Below the pieces are notes generated by a model. It was not told the DNA's origin, searched no databases, and was given only the letters and a program-made list of their open reading frames with translations. A DNA stretch of 64,000 bases, taken from Tubiluchus corallicola. Lineage: Eukaryota > Animalia > Priapulida. A program made the position numbers and the translations under genes. This document shows, in pieces, positions 1 through 17,087 of the stretch (position 1 is its first letter; every line of letters starts with the position of its first letter). The stretch spans positions 167,517 through 231,516 of the forward strand of contig JAQGDQ010000368.1 in assembly GCA_030141605.1 (NCBI GenBank), given 5' to 3'.

Positions 1-401
1 TTATTCAAAGCATCTCTGACGAGCGTGTAGAAAAAAGACGCCGCTATTTTATGGTTGGTAGGACAAGTTTGTTTACATGCCCAGGTTTTTATAATCTGTT
101 TTTGTGTCTACAATAAGCCTTGAGAGGAATACCAATGCAGGCTGACGCCGGCATTTCTAGCGGCATATAGCCATCCACGTATACAAGTCAGCAGCATTTT
201 ACATTCATGGCTTTTTTGCCAGGCCCTGACCCATCACGGCTATGATCTATGAGTATTCTCATAAAATAAAGTCATTATCAATTGTACCTATAATTAAATG
301 AATAAAAATGAGATGAATCTGAGGAACATTATTTAATGTTACGATTGACGGGCTGTTTGGTTCTCCTCTTAACAGTTCTCCCCCGCCTGTTCTTTTCTCC
401 T

Positions 402-820
<419 letters not shown>

Positions 821-2985
821 CCCTACTCTTGTCTTCTCCTGCTTTGGCTTCAACTTATCGTGTGCAGTATTATAGACTGTTCTTATAAATATTTCGTAGC
901 ACTAAGCTATCATAAACACTTGCAGCAGAAATGTTTGTAATAACACACTTCCGTTTAACTAATTGGCTCTTGTCAATATATGAATATGGTTTCAATATGA
1001 ACGTGGACCGCGCCGTTAATATTGGCCGAATAGGCAAGGAGATGCTTTGAACGCCGATGTTGGCATTTGCATACTGTGTATAAACATCAAATTCCTTATA
1101 TAAATGGAAAAGGTTGCATAAACAACGACTTTACCCATATGTTTAATGACAGTTATGACTCATTATGCTCATTTGGTCAGGGGTGGCAGATATAGGCCAG
1201 TTACATAAACAAATGTTTTAATCCCTCATTCGGATTTCTATAAGCCTATTACCAGTAATACTGAACATTTCTTATATTTAAAATATTTTTACGAATTTCA
1301 AACAAGGAATTTTGCTGTGCTGCTTGGCTAGCTAATTTACAGCATGTAATAATGGGCATTGCATTCAGCTATCCTAATGCTCATTATGCAGCTACGCCAG
1401 TTAAGTATAATATTTACGGGTAGTGGACACATTCGAGATCGTTCGCCACAAAAACAATTATGGCCTTTACCATTAGCTTTCCGGACTTAATTTTTCTTTT
1501 TCCGAGAAATGAAACATAAATTAAAAGCTACGTTCGTTAACCAAATGAACATTATGTCTGCCGAATGGTGCTCCAAAAACAAAAGAAACCAGTTCTGCGC
1601 AAATGTCCCACTTTGTGACATGCACCGGTCACGTGACGACGTTTCTTATTCTATGGTCACAACTGAGGAAGCCATTCTCAGACGTACAAAAGAGCAACTA
1701 TTCTCGGCCATCCTTGCTGTTTTCTGACTGTTACTTTTATTTATGATTACAGGTTTACAATGATCTGCAATCACGCAACTTCTAAAGCAAGCAGACAATA
1801 TCAGTTACTAATATTAGCAAATTAAAGAATTATTCTGCTTTCAACATTTCACATGTCTATGGAGTCAGGAGGAACATTAAACTTGCATGCATTCAGACCC
1901 TTAGGGAGTATGTCCCGGTACTTATAAGTACGATGGAGTTTTACGTCTTCTCCTTTTGTATCACCGCATTTCGTCCCGCAATTTCTACAGTTTTATTACC
2001 TAAAGCAGATTATGACCAATACAGCTGGATAATATTTACGGTCAATAAACCTGGTTTGAAAAAAACTACGCCGCTGTGTTTGTACAACCGCTTATGAAAA
2101 TAATATTAATAACCTTGTACGAGTCGTGCGCCTCACAATGCAACAGCTCAGTTTTTGCCCGACGTGTGTATGGCAATTTCTATTATATACGTGAAAATTA
2201 AGACAAAAATATAGCCACGAATAAAAAAATGAGAATAAACATTTAACTCAGAATTGTTATCTACATCTCTAGACCTGCATTTTCCGTACATTTTATTATT
2301 AATGGCCAAGTTTTAGTTATCACACAATTTAAATATTGAGATTTAAAATTAGTTCTCTCCGATGATTTAAATTGATTTTATTGGTTATGAGTGTGTATAT
2401 TTTGTCTTATAATATTCATTATGACCTGAAAAAGTGAAAGAGCAGTTGATCACTCGCTCACCACGGATTTCACGGTGTTATTCTAAGGATTTTTAGACAT
2501 AACATAATCTTTCGCATGTATGTTGTTTTTTCTCAAATTAGCAGCATCTTCATTTCGAGGTCAAAATATAGTTATTATAGGCAGTATGACGCAAATCGTG
2601 TTAAAGCGTTGAAACTCAGTTTGATCGAATTATAAATTCTCTTAAACAAAAACAACAAGACCGATTGAAAGCTTATAGTAAAATGAGCATTCGTTTTAAT
2701 GGCACGTCACTTGTGCTTGAATAAAATAAATGATCATTTTTAGACTCGTAGACTCAGCTCAGTAAAGCCATTGTGCTCAGCAGTTTTACACACTAAACGG
2801 AAAATAATTACTTTAATTAGATGCTTTCAAATTGTAAATAGGCTTAGATACGCGTCTTCGTCTTGCTTCTGTAAGCTTTTGCTTGTTTCTTTAGTTTTTA
2901 TAATAATTGTTGTAATTTTAGTCGGTGACAATAGTTCCTGTGAACTAATGTTTTATGTACCTCAATATCAACTTTAAATAAAATA

Positions 2986-3144
2986 CTTATTTGCTTGCTT
3001 TCTTGCTTGCTTACTTACTTACTTACTTACTTTCTTACTTACTTACTTACTCACTCACTCACTCACTCACTCACTCACTCACTCACTCACTCACTCACTC
3101 ACTCACTGACTGACTGACTGACTGACTGACTGACTGACTGACAG

Positions 3145-3175
<31 letters not shown>

Positions 3176-3269
3176 CACTTACTTAATTATTTACTTACTT
3201 TCTTACTTAATTACTTACTTGTTTACTTACTAGTTTACTTACTTACGTAAAATCTTACTTACGTAAAAT

Positions 3270-3361
<92 letters not shown>

Positions 3362-3442
3362 ACTGCTTGCTTGCTTGCTTACTTACTTACAGACTTACTT
3401 ACTTACAGATTTAATTTCTTACTTACTCACTTTCTTACTTAC
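2986..3442. repeat. Compound tetranucleotide microsatellite (TTGC/TTAC/TCAC/TGAC)n
   Basis: Directly visible tandem tetramers differing by single bases. Confidence 0.95.
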
Positions 3443-6324
3443 TAAAATGAACTTAATGAAGAAACGGCGATTATAATACCAAATGTGGAAAATGGCAGTG
3501 ACATTGGTTCCATATCACCATATGCACAATAAAAATCGGTTTCTTTATAGTTCGAGACTTTTTCAAATTGTACGTACAATGAGGATCCACAGCATGGGAA
3601 AGATTACGTGGCACTATTACCCACAATTCATTACGTCGATAGATGCGCGACAGTGATTGATTTATTTCTAAAATCAATCAATTTAAGCAGATAAGCTAAA
3701 CCGAGTTCACTCTTTTAGGTTAATTCAATTTATCTGCCTCGCTGAAATGGAATAGAAATTGTTCATGTCTGGACATGGGGTTTACAAAAAATAAAATCAC
3801 TCATTCTTTATATTTAACTTGTGTCTCGATTTTTGTCATTTAGAAAAATCTTGTATTGTGATCACGATACTTTATTGGAGATCTTTAATGCGTGAAATGT
3901 GAAATGATGGCTTCGTTTTTTTTCGATAAAAATCGTGTGCTATTTGAAATGCCATTGGAAAGTTTGGAGATAAACGCAGATTTTTTTTTGGTAGTTGGCT
4001 CGATAAACATCGTAAGTGTGTCAACGAACGATTTTATCACGTTTTAAATATTTTACGCATTAAGTTCGAGATCAAGTACGAGGGCAATCCATTATTCTAA
4101 TAACTAAATTAAAAAACTTAAATAATTAAATAAAATAACATACTTAAAAACATTTGTATTTCGTATTATCTTCTCCGATTATCATTTGAAATGAAATTAT
4201 GTTAAATTGTCGTCATTCAGTATCATGCAACGGGCAGCAAAAATCTGACGATGTTTTTATTTTATGAGGGTTAATGTAAGGCCACTTTCGTATATACCAC
4301 GAGGTAAGGGTGAACAGGATACAAGTGCATTTAAAACACACTGTGACTAAATAATTATTTTTAACACAAAAACGGTTTAAAAGACGAAAAAGCAATAACA
4401 GCACAGTTCCAGGAACCGGTCCAGCGTTACAGAACATGTTGTATGACCTCGAAAGTTGACATTTAAAAAACAGGAACTGCGATCAAGTCAAACTCAAGCA
4501 CATAATCTGCGCTTATTACTAGGCCTTATTATTACACACGCTCCCTGCACAGTAATATAACACAGTTCGTTATGTGATAGGAACACGCCATTATTCTATC
4601 CCATAATGCAGCACAAGAAACAAAACGAATGTGCGAATTTTCTGGAAAACGTCATACTTTAATATAGGAGGCCCGTGTGGCCAATCAGTGAATGAAAAAA
4701 TTTTGGGAGAGAGGATACTCAAATCAGGGAAGGCGTTTTGTCTCTTGTACTAAACGTTACGGGATAGAATTATAATCAAACTTCACCTTACAGGTAAGGC
4801 TTGTTTAATTTACAAATTATGCGCAAATCTGTTTATGGATAGTACTTGTCATACAATATATACGTAGCCTACTAACAAAAATCTCAAGAAAATCCTCTCC
4901 CAATGTTCATCTGGAAGATAATTGTTGACGATATTTAAAGAACGTTCCAAAAAGGGGCATTAGATATTCTTGTCCTATTTACAGGTAGGCGTAATACCAA
5001 TATTAGCTGCTAGGGCTAGGCATTATACGTTCACGTATATACAGTAATGATGTAGAACGCCCTACGCAGTATGTAAAAGAGATCCATAGCTGCAGAACTT
5101 TTACCCATTTAAATTTTTAGAACTATACCCCTGCACGAATAAACGTGACCTCGGAGCTCAGGATAAACTTATCTCCAACCACATACAGCTTTTATGCGTC
5201 TTACAAAAACTAAAATCACAAAAACCCCAACTGAACGAACAGCTGAAGAATATGTAATAATGTACGTGCATGAAGGAGAGAGAGGTGTAAAAAAACAGAT
5301 TCTGTACTTAGACAAAGTTATATAAAACTTGTTTATATTGTATAACAGCGGAAGTAACGAAGTAGATAATAAGACCTGGCTTACTCGATATTAATGAACA
5401 TGTTAATAAAATATCATTGGTGATATTATTGGTGAAACTTGTTCTGTAATCGTGGACGTTCATCATGTTCTACGCATGCATATGTAGTAGGGCGTTGTGA
5501 AAAAAACTTTTTTACCCAATCTTTTTACAACTTTTGGTGATTTGATGAGATACTAACATTGGTGAATTCCTAAAAGAGGAACACGTGTCTCCACTCATCT
5601 TAAGATTTCGGAATTATTTTCATCTATGTAGACAATTATGTAGTCTGTAACGCGCACAAAATTTTGAAGCAACAAACTTTACTCACTTCTTAGGACAGTA
5701 CACAGTAACGTTACGACAGTCACAAGCAGTGCAAAGCAGTGAATTAACTGAAAACTTTTCACTGACAGCTGTTAAGATGAATTATGAGAGTGGCTATGTG
5801 GCCCGGAATCTTGTAACAGATCTAAAATTTCTTACTTTGTTAAGTTAAAACTTCTCTAGAAACAGGAAGACAACCGTCCACTGTTTATTCTAGGGCACTG
5901 GAATGCTCACTACAATGATTAAGAATTTCATTCTTAAATCGCTAAGGTAAACAGCACATGAGAAGAAATAACCACATCTCCGTAATGTTTAGATTATACC
6001 TACATACAGCTAGAAGCAGTTCACTTCTATCACTGACTTTACAGAATAATATCCCACTACTTTCTGTTTCCTATAATCCATGAATATATCAAACTGTCTA
6101 GCACACATACAATATCATAGCAGTACTATACGTTTTATACATGCAAAGACAAGCTCACTATAATATGGAAATACTTCGTAATTTAATGCCCATTTCTTCC
6201 TTTCCCATTTTTTTGTTTGACAGCATGACTGTTGTTGACTCTATATTTTTTACTAAATGTTTTTACATTTGTGTCCACTGTTCGTCTTTTCCCTTGTATC
6301 TAGACGCATTCGCGAAGTAATTTT

Positions 6325-6619
6325 ACATGCATGCATGCATACATACATACATACATACATACATACATACATACATACATACATACATACATACATACAT
6401 ACATACATACATACATACATACATACATACATACATACATACATACATACATACATACATACATACATACATACATACATACATACATCATACATACATA
6501 CATACATACATACATACATACATACATACATACATACATACATACATACATACATACATACATACATACATACATACATACATACATACATACATACATA
6601 CATACTTTATATATATATA
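6325..6619. repeat. (CATA)n microsatellite
   Basis: Directly visible; source of MYVC/IHTY pseudo-ORFs. Confidence 0.97.
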
Positions 6620-7562
6620 GTCGGTTTTACAAGAACCACAAAAAATATTTGCACAAGTCTAGTCTTCAATAAATACATTAAAATACAGGTTATAAAACTA
6701 AAATGCAAAAATAAGAAATTGAGTGATACTTTAAAATGAAATGTTGACACACAAGTATAGTTAAAATTAACTAAACATCAAAAAACTTAGTTAATAAAAA
6801 AGATTCTCAAATGCACGGACCACATTATAGTTAAAAAAGCAGAGGGAAAGTTAAAAAAGTCAAAATAAAAATGCATAATGTAAAACTACAATGCAGTAGA
6901 GATTTTTGATTTGCAAATACTAGAGCTTCAGAAAAAATTAATAAAATCAAGCCATATAAATTTAAAAATTTTGCTTTGGTAGCAAAAGTCGCAGCGACAG
7001 CCATTTGGTTGCCATTTGTCATTTTGCTAATTTCGAATAAGCCTAATACTCATCATATCAGATTTAGTTAAATTTTGTAAAGCTGTGACCACGTAAGGCT
7101 CCATGCGTAGCCAAATAAGGGCCGTAGGGCTGCAGCCCTATTGCAAAACCACTGCAGCACAAGATGTTCAAGACGAAGAAGTGTCTGTGTCTATGCACAC
7201 TCAATACTTTCACACGCAGACATTTTCTATTTACACAAAACTACAGTGCTTTTTGTAAGCTCGTGTTGATTTGTCACTTAGTTATCAATGGAAAATTCTG
7301 CTGTACGCAAACAAATAAAATAACCCACACAGTGAGCGGCTTGTCTGCGGTATACCTCATTATGCTTGGGCTTGACTTGTTTCAGTGTGGTTAAAGTTTG
7401 AACTTTACCTGCTGGTAAATCCAGCATAAACGTTAGTACAGATACTTAACGCGTTTAAGTGAACAGCTGCACTCTATAAGGACTCTTATAGATAGACACT
7501 TGAAATTACAAGGTACACAAGAAAGTTACCCCTACGAGAGCAGTAAAACTTTCAAACTCTTT

Positions 7563-8320
<758 letters not shown>

Positions 8321-9451
8321 TATATATACGAACAGTAAATCAAAACTGTTTTGTAACGGAACTTTGACTAAATAAAGCAAACAGGTTACAAACTTAAAAT
8401 CTTTTTATGGTATGATTCTTGCAAACTATTACTGCAACGTTTTGTTTTTCAAGAGTGACTATAACGCACTAATATCACTCTGCAAAAGGAACTACTATAT
8501 ACAGGTTCAACATATCAACTATTTTATCGTACACCATGATTTTAGTGAATCATTTGGTTGTAAAATGACTTACTACGGTACTTCAGGCGAACTCGAGCCG
8601 TAAAGCTGAAAGTCCATGATAGAAAGTTGTCAAGAGGTACAGCCTACAGCAGAGGAATCTTTAAGGTCATCTAGGACCAAGAAGACCTTCTTAGTTTAAT
8701 AAATGCTTTTGGTCCTAGCGAGCCGCAATGGTCCTTACTGGTGTCAACGTGCATTTTAATTGCAAAATCATATTAAAATTGACGCCTGAATTACAGGGCA
8801 TTTTGAATCCATAAAATTAATCGCTTAAAACGCGCCGTATTGTTTATGGTTACTAAGCGAGACGAAAACTTTATAATGTCAATAAACATCGCCACCCAGA
8901 AGTAATATTTATATATTTAAAACATTAGAAAAACAGCATGCATTAACATCAATATCATTGTGGCGACAAGATGGCACCCAGTGTGAAACATTGTGTCTAG
9001 ACAGAATTTGTGTACCAGAGTTTATCAGCATCCAATCTGAAAGTAGTGCCAGTGTCCCAAATGAACTCTCAACTTCCGTTTGCTAGGGCTGTCCTGGACC
9101 CATGTCATTATGACCAACGTGTCTAGACTACCAAACTCTTAACCAGAGCCTACTTAAATCACCCCTAAGTAGCCTGAACGCTGAAGTAAAAACACTTTAT
9201 TGGAGTCTAGTCTCTATCATTAACATAAATGCAAGTCTAAGTTTTATGCAATTCGCAGAAAGTCACTAAAATACCATCAACACGTCCAGAATCCAAGAGA
9301 CTGAAATGTTAAACGCAGTTTTGTTTTCCTTCAGTGATTTGAAGATATAACGGAAAACTCATTGTTTTGTATTTAACCTCGAGTTAAACCTGGATTTCGA
9401 AAACACCCACTTTATTCGCACATCATTTGTTCACACTGCAATATTATTGCC

Positions 9452-9634
<183 letters not shown>

Positions 9635-9701
9635 TATAATATTGTCCTACTGTAACGTAACAGCAGTGTACTGTAACAGTACTGCTATAATAATGTAGTA
9701 T

Positions 9702-9775
9702 TACAGCACTACTGTAAGAGAGTCAGTGTGTTGTACAAATTTCAAATTTACGCGTGAGCTCTCAAACCTGTACAA
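9702..9775 (+). repeat. Dispersed direct repeat, copy A (partner 11030-11148)
   Basis: TACAGCACTACTGTAAGAGAnTCAGTGTG...CAAATTTCAAATTTAC...GCTCTCA shared; copy A lacks two internal blocks. Confidence 0.75.
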
Positions 9776-10672
9776 CATATAATATATAATATATACATAT
9801 TATAGATATTTATCTATCCTTACACTTTATATTTGTAGATGACATTATAAGACTATAGGCATTTGCCCCCAAAATTTATTCTGCGATCCAAAATCCAACT
9901 GAAGAAGTACTTCAAGCATTAGAAAGGGCACACATTCATACTCTCATATAAAACACAAAAAACTTTTAGTCCATAAATCAGACTGAAACTGGTCATGGTA
10001 TCATAAAACGATTTCCGAGTCTGTGAAATCACAGCGGGTACTTCATATTATCCGGACATTAAGAGAGGTTCCATCATTTTATGCGTGCCTATAAAATCTA
10101 AAAAACCGGCGGTAAAATGTCAACCCTTTGAACAATGATCGTCGATAAATTTGATATGTAAAAATGTCTTTCCCTCTCATGCATGACAACAGAATGCTAC
10201 GGTGTTCAAAATTTGTACCCCCCCCCCCCAAAAAAAAATTGTATAAAATTAAATTAATCACTCATCACTTTTTGTTGTTGCTAAAGGTAGAAATTGATAA
10301 CCAAATTGCAATCCGGTGTACGCAATTTCATACAGCAATAATATAAACTGCCAGCTATGCCAGTGCCTATACTGCCAGAGTTGCCAAATGTAGGCACATT
10401 GCCAACCATCAGCAAAACACGCTAGGCAATGTTACCGAAGATCATCACTTAAAGGAAAACATGATGATTTGTCATATCCTACCCCATTTTGAAGTACGGT
10501 AAAAAGTACGCATTTTAACAACAGTAATACCTGCTATAGATGCTTGCAACACCCTATATTGTAATATAATTACAAGCGAACTGCAATGAGTGGGTATTAC
10601 AAAGTTGAATTTCTGTAGATATGTTACTAATATCCTGTTGTCTTTGTAAGCTGCATACTTTTATGAGAAATA

Positions 10673-10888
<216 letters not shown>

Positions 10889-11029
10889 AAAAGCATTTCT
10901 GATAATTAAATAATAGTTAAAAATCTTAGTTAACGGCGGGCGAGCCCAACTAATGATGCAATCACAAATGAATATAATTTTTAACAGCAAAAACATTCCA
11001 TGAGCGTGTTGCGAAAGCGAAGATTGAAG

Positions 11030-11148
11030 TACAGCACTACTGTAAGAGATTCAGTGTGCTGTACTAAAACTCGACAAGTTTTAAGATAAAAAATCAAATT
11101 TCAAATTTACCGCTGTGCTTACGCGTAAGCTCTCAGACGTGTGCACTA
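11030..11148 (+). repeat. Dispersed direct repeat, copy B (partner 9702-9775)
   Basis: Same motif blocks as 9702-9775 with two extra internal segments. Confidence 0.75.
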
Positions 11149-14100
11149 CGTCACAAACGAACACATCTGAACTGAAAGGTGCAGCGCCTGTTTTTGTGCA
11201 ACGCTTTTCCGAAATGCAGGCGCTAGTGCCCATTTAACTAACGAATGGAGAAAAGCATGTAACAGTGAAGAACTAGTGGCGCGAACGCGAAGTACGTTTG
11301 TGTACTAATAATTTTTTCACGTAAGTCATTCTTGAAAAAAGTATGTTTCCTTTCAATAAATTAAAGAGTAGATTGTTTTGACCTACAGTTTAAGATTAGG
11401 TTTGGCTTTCCTTTAAATGCAATAACTGCATCATAATGTGTCAGCAGTGTTTTGCTTCTAAATCTTGACAATTGCAGCGGAATCTTCCAAATCTGATTGA
11501 CGTTACACACAATAAAAATGTAACGCAACGAAAATAACTCTTCGACAAATCTGTTTTCGCTTAAAACGTGTAACGGGATGAGCTATAAATGTCTCTGATT
11601 ACAATCTCAAAGATGGTGTTAATCAAACTTCTCGCATTCTTGCCCGGAGTTGTCAGCCAAAAAACGCGCGCGTCGTAACGAGCTACTAGTAATAATACAG
11701 ACGCGACGGATATCAGAGACCTTGAATGTTTGACTTAAAGCTATTAATTAATGTAGAGTAAGCAGACCTTATCTTTGTGAGTCTATCTCACATGCTGTGA
11801 AAGAGCGAATGAACCGTCATACTAATATATGAGAACGGCAAATACAGGCAAAGACTGGAAACCTGGCACGCGCTTATACTTGTCATGCTAGCGCCGGTGT
11901 AGGGATTTATATTAGTTGATTATGCCAGGCTGCAGAAACGATTTTACATATAACACAAACATTACAACAGTGACAGCGACAGCGATGGTGACAATAACAA
12001 TAACGATGATGATGACGACGACGACAACGAGGATGATGATGGAGATAAAATGGCGATTGTGACAATGACAAAGATTAAGCCTACTACGCGAATGCGTATA
12101 TCAAAAAAATATTGTTTCAATGCCTAATTGTTGGAGCCAACGCCTACGCTTGTCTACGCAGAACTCAACTGCAATTTTAAATTTAGACAGATATACCTGA
12201 AATTTTATTGTAAGAGGTCTCACTAACTGGTCAGCAACCTATTATGCCAACAGCTGCTGGTCAGTTTATAGCCGCATGAGTGACCATTCGTGCTACCTTC
12301 GTCATAATACTGTGGCAGACAAAAGACGTTTGTTGACTTCTACTGATCAGTTCTACTGACATGCCGGGGAAACTCGGATGGTAGCCATTAGCGACGGTTA
12401 TATTACTGGTAACCCGTGACACGTGTTTTAATCTTATAACTGCTTCGGGGTAATAATATAATCTGTAGGCTATATTTACACTTGAAAAACCACGCTAACT
12501 TTTCAAAGTTACACAATTGTTGAATCGCTAAAAATTAATATTTTTCGAAAAAAAAGCACGAAAGATATTTCTGATTCGTTTCCCCATCTGTTTTTCAAAA
12601 AATATTTGAACTTATTGGGTGATTAACGATTGAAGGGACTTCATTTTGTTGCAGCAGATTTGGAGGACAAGCTTCTGACTTGGCAAGACAAGGTTAGCTT
12701 GTCTGCCCAAAACTATGCAAAGACTAGGAAATTATGTAGGACAAAGATACTGGACATAATGGTAGTGCGTTGTCGTAACAGCAGTTAGCCAAGTCAAGCA
12801 AATTAACGAAATTCTTCATGTTCTGACGTCTAGTCATTAATTACGTTTACGTAAGCATTGTCCAGTATCATGTCCGGTCGAAATCCGAACAGCAAATTAC
12901 TGAGTAATATTAGTAATCATTGAAGCTAATTGCACAGTAGGACATTGTTCATTCTTTAATTGTAATATCACAAAAATGCATAAGACAAAAATCTAACATA
13001 AATGTTTACTGGTAAGCTTTTTGTTTTCCAAGTAAATTGTAAGCCTGTTTATGTCATCGATCCTGGCGCATCATCACCATTAGCATAAATTCATTATCAC
13101 TGTCATCACCACCACCAGCATTAATATCACCATCGTTGTCGTCATTATCATCATCATCATCATCATCATCAATATCGTCATTATCGTTTTCTTGCATATG
13201 TCTGCTTCGCTCCATTTAACGTATTTTTTGTTGTTGTTTATGTCATTAATTTAGTCCTATCTATGTTGAGTATAGCACATAAGTAAACTTGTTCTGCTAC
13301 GCTCATAGCAATGCAATGCATTGTTAACTTGTAATTGTATAATTTGTATTTTTGTATTGTGCTAAATGGATGAATAAATAAATCTAAATCTAAGTTCATT
13401 TTTGTGTATAAAGTAAGTTTTGTACAAAAACAAACATGTACCATAGTACAGAGGATTTACAAGTCTTACCGTAATAATTTAACTTTACGTTGAACAAAGT
13501 CAAATAAGAAACTTTTGAACAAACCGACAAAGCGGTAGCAAATCTATTAAAACTGTTCGTCTGTGAAAAATTTGAAAATAAAGTGAACGTTGCAATACAG
13601 TTGTCTGAACAAACATGGTTGTTAATGATTTGTTTGTATTTAATGCAAGACCGATATGGTGGTGCAAAAATAACAATTGAAGGTAATCAAATAGGAAAAC
13701 CTAAATCCTTCTTAGGTCACGTTGTTATGCGCAAGGCAACTTCAAGAAGTTACATCAAAAATTTTAATTTATAAAGTAGTTTGCTAAAATTTCACTTGAT
13801 AAGTTAAATATTTATAGGCGCTATAAGACTTGCAAAACTAAAATAAAATATTTATTCAAGAAATACTTATTCATTTGTAAGAATTGCCAAGATGATTCAA
13901 GAAATTATTAAAGCATAGAAAACTATTACACATACATACATACATATAATTCAAAGGTAGTTGCCATTTAGTACATTTTACCTACATGTTGTTTTGACAG
14001 CCACTGATTTGAAAAAGTACCAGATTCAAAAACATTAGTAGGTTCTACGGTCTGCTTGAAAATCTGAATCTCTGAAAAAGTGTCTCCATCAGGTGCAAGA

Positions 14101-14677
14101 CTTGGTTTCTTATGTCAGGAGTGACATTATTTTTCACTGGTCAACGATAACGGCTGTAAATTTTATGATAAACCCACTAGCTGTCCTTTTGTGTCTGATA
14201 TTTCCCTGCTTTGATAACAATTACGCTAATGACCTTTCACAATAAAGTGCAGCTGTCATTGAACTCACACATTTCAGCTAGGTGGGCAAATTCAAACGAC
14301 ACGTGATTTCTTTCAAGTAATTCAAAACTAGAAGCGGTAAGGTGTTACAAGAGAGATGACCATAATGTGGGCTCCCAACTACTTGTGAGGTTAACAGGTT
14401 CTATCTGTCTGTTGCTTCAATAAAAGCTCATAAATCCTAAAAGTAAACAAAGTACTGTATGTGGTCAAATTTCTCACGTTTACGAATATTTACTTCAACC
14501 CTGTTTGTTTACTAAATCAGAGGCGGCTTATATTAGCTGCGGCAGGTAAACAGGACTTGGTAACCGAAGGTTCAATTCAAAATGGTAACAAGGCGAAATA
14601 GGGCCAATATTAGAAATGCAAGTCTAATTAAGTAGGCCCGAAGAACCAAAAGCTACGACTTTGCAGGAAGAATTTGC

Positions 14678-14690
14678 ATATATATATATA

Positions 14691-14739
<49 letters not shown>

Positions 14740-14796
14740 GTGTGTGTTGTGTGCGTGCGTGCGTGCGTGTGTGTGTTTGTATATATATAATATATA
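14678..14796. repeat. (TA)n/(TG)n/(TGCG)n microsatellite
   Basis: Directly visible. Confidence 0.93.
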
Positions 14797-14961
14797 TGTG
14801 AATCTGTAAACTGTATTAGTAACTCCAGTTGATGGATTAGTAAATCAATAAAATGCGAAATAAATTAGAATTTAAGAGGATTTGAGAAATGAAAACCCCA
14901 AATCTTACCCGCTCCGGGCAGCTATGCCAATCACTAAAATATTGAATATAGGTCTATTCAA
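14797..14961 (+). repeat. ~165-bp direct repeat, copy 1 (partner 16634-16800)
   Basis: TGTGAATCTGTAAACTGTATTAGTAACTCCAG...TTGAATATAGGTCTATTCAA, near-identical to 16634-16800. Confidence 0.92.
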
Positions 14962-16633
14962 TAATATATATATATATATATATATTAATGGACGTCCTAT
15001 ACTTACATAGTATATTGTATGTACGTAGTATATAGGATACACCCTATTAATTTTCAATACATCAGTAATTTCTTTTTTAGTTCTCCCTCCCTCCTCATTT
15101 TTCTACCTATTGCTGTTCTCCTTCCATCCCTTTTCTCCCCGTCTTATTGGAATGAACAAATCAGTGAACAAGAAATGAACATGCTAAAAAATGAATACAC
15201 GGATGAACGTATAAGAGAACTGAGTCGCCGTTTGGTGAGTACGCGACTGAATAAATGAATGAATGTCAGCATGAACAAATAAATGAGGTAAACAATTCTA
15301 AAATTATTGACCAAATATGACTGTAAATATGGCATTGCGACTGACGAAGTCAGCAGATGCAATTAATGGAACGATTGCATTTATTTTCACGTCAAATTGT
15401 TGTGATTTTGCAAATCTGTGCTGAAAAAGCTTTCTCAATACAGTATAGACGCGATTCAATAGTTTACATTTTCTTTCTTTAAAAGAGCTTTTTCAAAGCA
15501 GATTTTCAAACCTTTTTAATCGGCTATAAACAAAAATTAAAACGTTCAGGCAGTTCCATCAATGACTGTGTTTGTGTGGATTTTGAAAAGCGCCAATTTC
15601 CACAAGCATCCCTTTCAGTTCAGCCAAACTGTGTGCTATCCTTGATGTAATTTGTCATCTTCAAATGACAGTGGAAGGCAAAACGAGAGAGATTATACAG
15701 CCCTTCTCCCCTAAAGGCGTTTTCCTTTTAGTCATACAGTAATAGTATCATTACATGGGTTCTTAGCTTTATACTCATACATCATTCGGCGTAGCAGTTA
15801 TGATATAAAGAATTTAAATGTGCATTAAAAAGCAGTATTAAAGTCTACATTTTAAAATGCTGTTAAGAGTTGCTGTCCGAACTAATTTTTGTGAAGGAAT
15901 CAACCACAAATGTTTATATGGTTGAGATTGTTCTGTAAGCGCAGAATTTAACACCTACTAGTAAAAAGGTCTCTAAAGCCTGATGGCCGGCAGATGTGGA
16001 GTATTTCAAAAATTTATTAAATTTACAGGCATTTATCTAGAGATTTAAAAACATCACAGAGTCCGAGAAAGATATTCGTAATACAGCCAACGCGTTTCAG
16101 TAATTTATGTGCGTGCATGAACTTACAAGAAAACACAATTGACAAAATCAGAAAATAATTGTAAAGTGTTTTAAGTGGACATTATCTGAAATGCAAATAT
16201 TGACTGTAGTAATTACAGGCGGTCTCTTCAATTTTAGAAAATTATCTGCAACCTCAAGTCAACATAATGAGCTTAACAAAGTTCGTTAATGCCTCCTTCA
16301 TGCCGCCATTTGATTTTGCAAAATTGACGGAAACACCGAAAAAAGAAGGGGAAAGGTGGAGGAGTGACCGATTTAATGCACAAATAATTCTGTATTTTTT
16401 ATTTATTTGACATTTATACGTATATTAAAATTGTATAAATGAAGAATCAGCAGGCGCATGCGCACTTACGCTGATCCTATAAAATATAAGATGCACAAAA
16501 ATGAAATTTCTAAAAACAATACACTAAAATTGAATATCTCTCATTAAAAAACTCCTAATAAAATGTACCTAAATATGAATTATATACTATGTACAACACG
16601 TTTTATACAATAGTTCATTATCACTGATGAATC

Positions 16634-16800
16634 TGTGAATCTGTAAACTGTATTAGTAACTCCAGTTGGCGGATTAGTAAATCAGTAAAATGTGAAATAA
16701 ATTAGAATTTAAGAGGATTTGAGAAATGAATACCCCAAATCTTATTCGTTCCGGGCAGCTATGCCAATCACTACACTATTTTGAATATAGGTCTATTCAA
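16634..16800 (+). repeat. ~165-bp direct repeat, copy 2 (partner 14797-14961)
   Basis: Near-identical to 14797-14961. Confidence 0.92.
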
Positions 16801-17087
16801 CATTTTTACACAATCAAACACATCTATGAGAAAAACTGTGGATTTCTACTTACGATAGAGACATCCAGATTCTGAATTTAATTGTGCCCAGCCATTACAG
16901 CATCTGTATGCCACTGCATAGCGTGGTTTCATTACTTCTCTATAAGTTTTATAATAGTGGGTCCTGTAAACATAAGTAAATATGCAATGGTGAATTAGCT
17001 AGCAATATTGCCAGTAAAGGCGTTCTATGAATTACTAAAATTATATGCTGTTTCTAATCGATAAACTAAGCATACGTAACAATGGAT

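Noticed and set aside
8577-8620. Possible minus-strand first exon MDFQLYGSSSPEVP followed by GTAAGT
   Set aside because: The nearest candidate downstream exon (7409-7465) hits a stop in the required phase; unsupported
12654-12691. Possible plus-strand micro-exon (DLEDKLLTWQDK)
   Set aside because: Too short to identify and no linked exons
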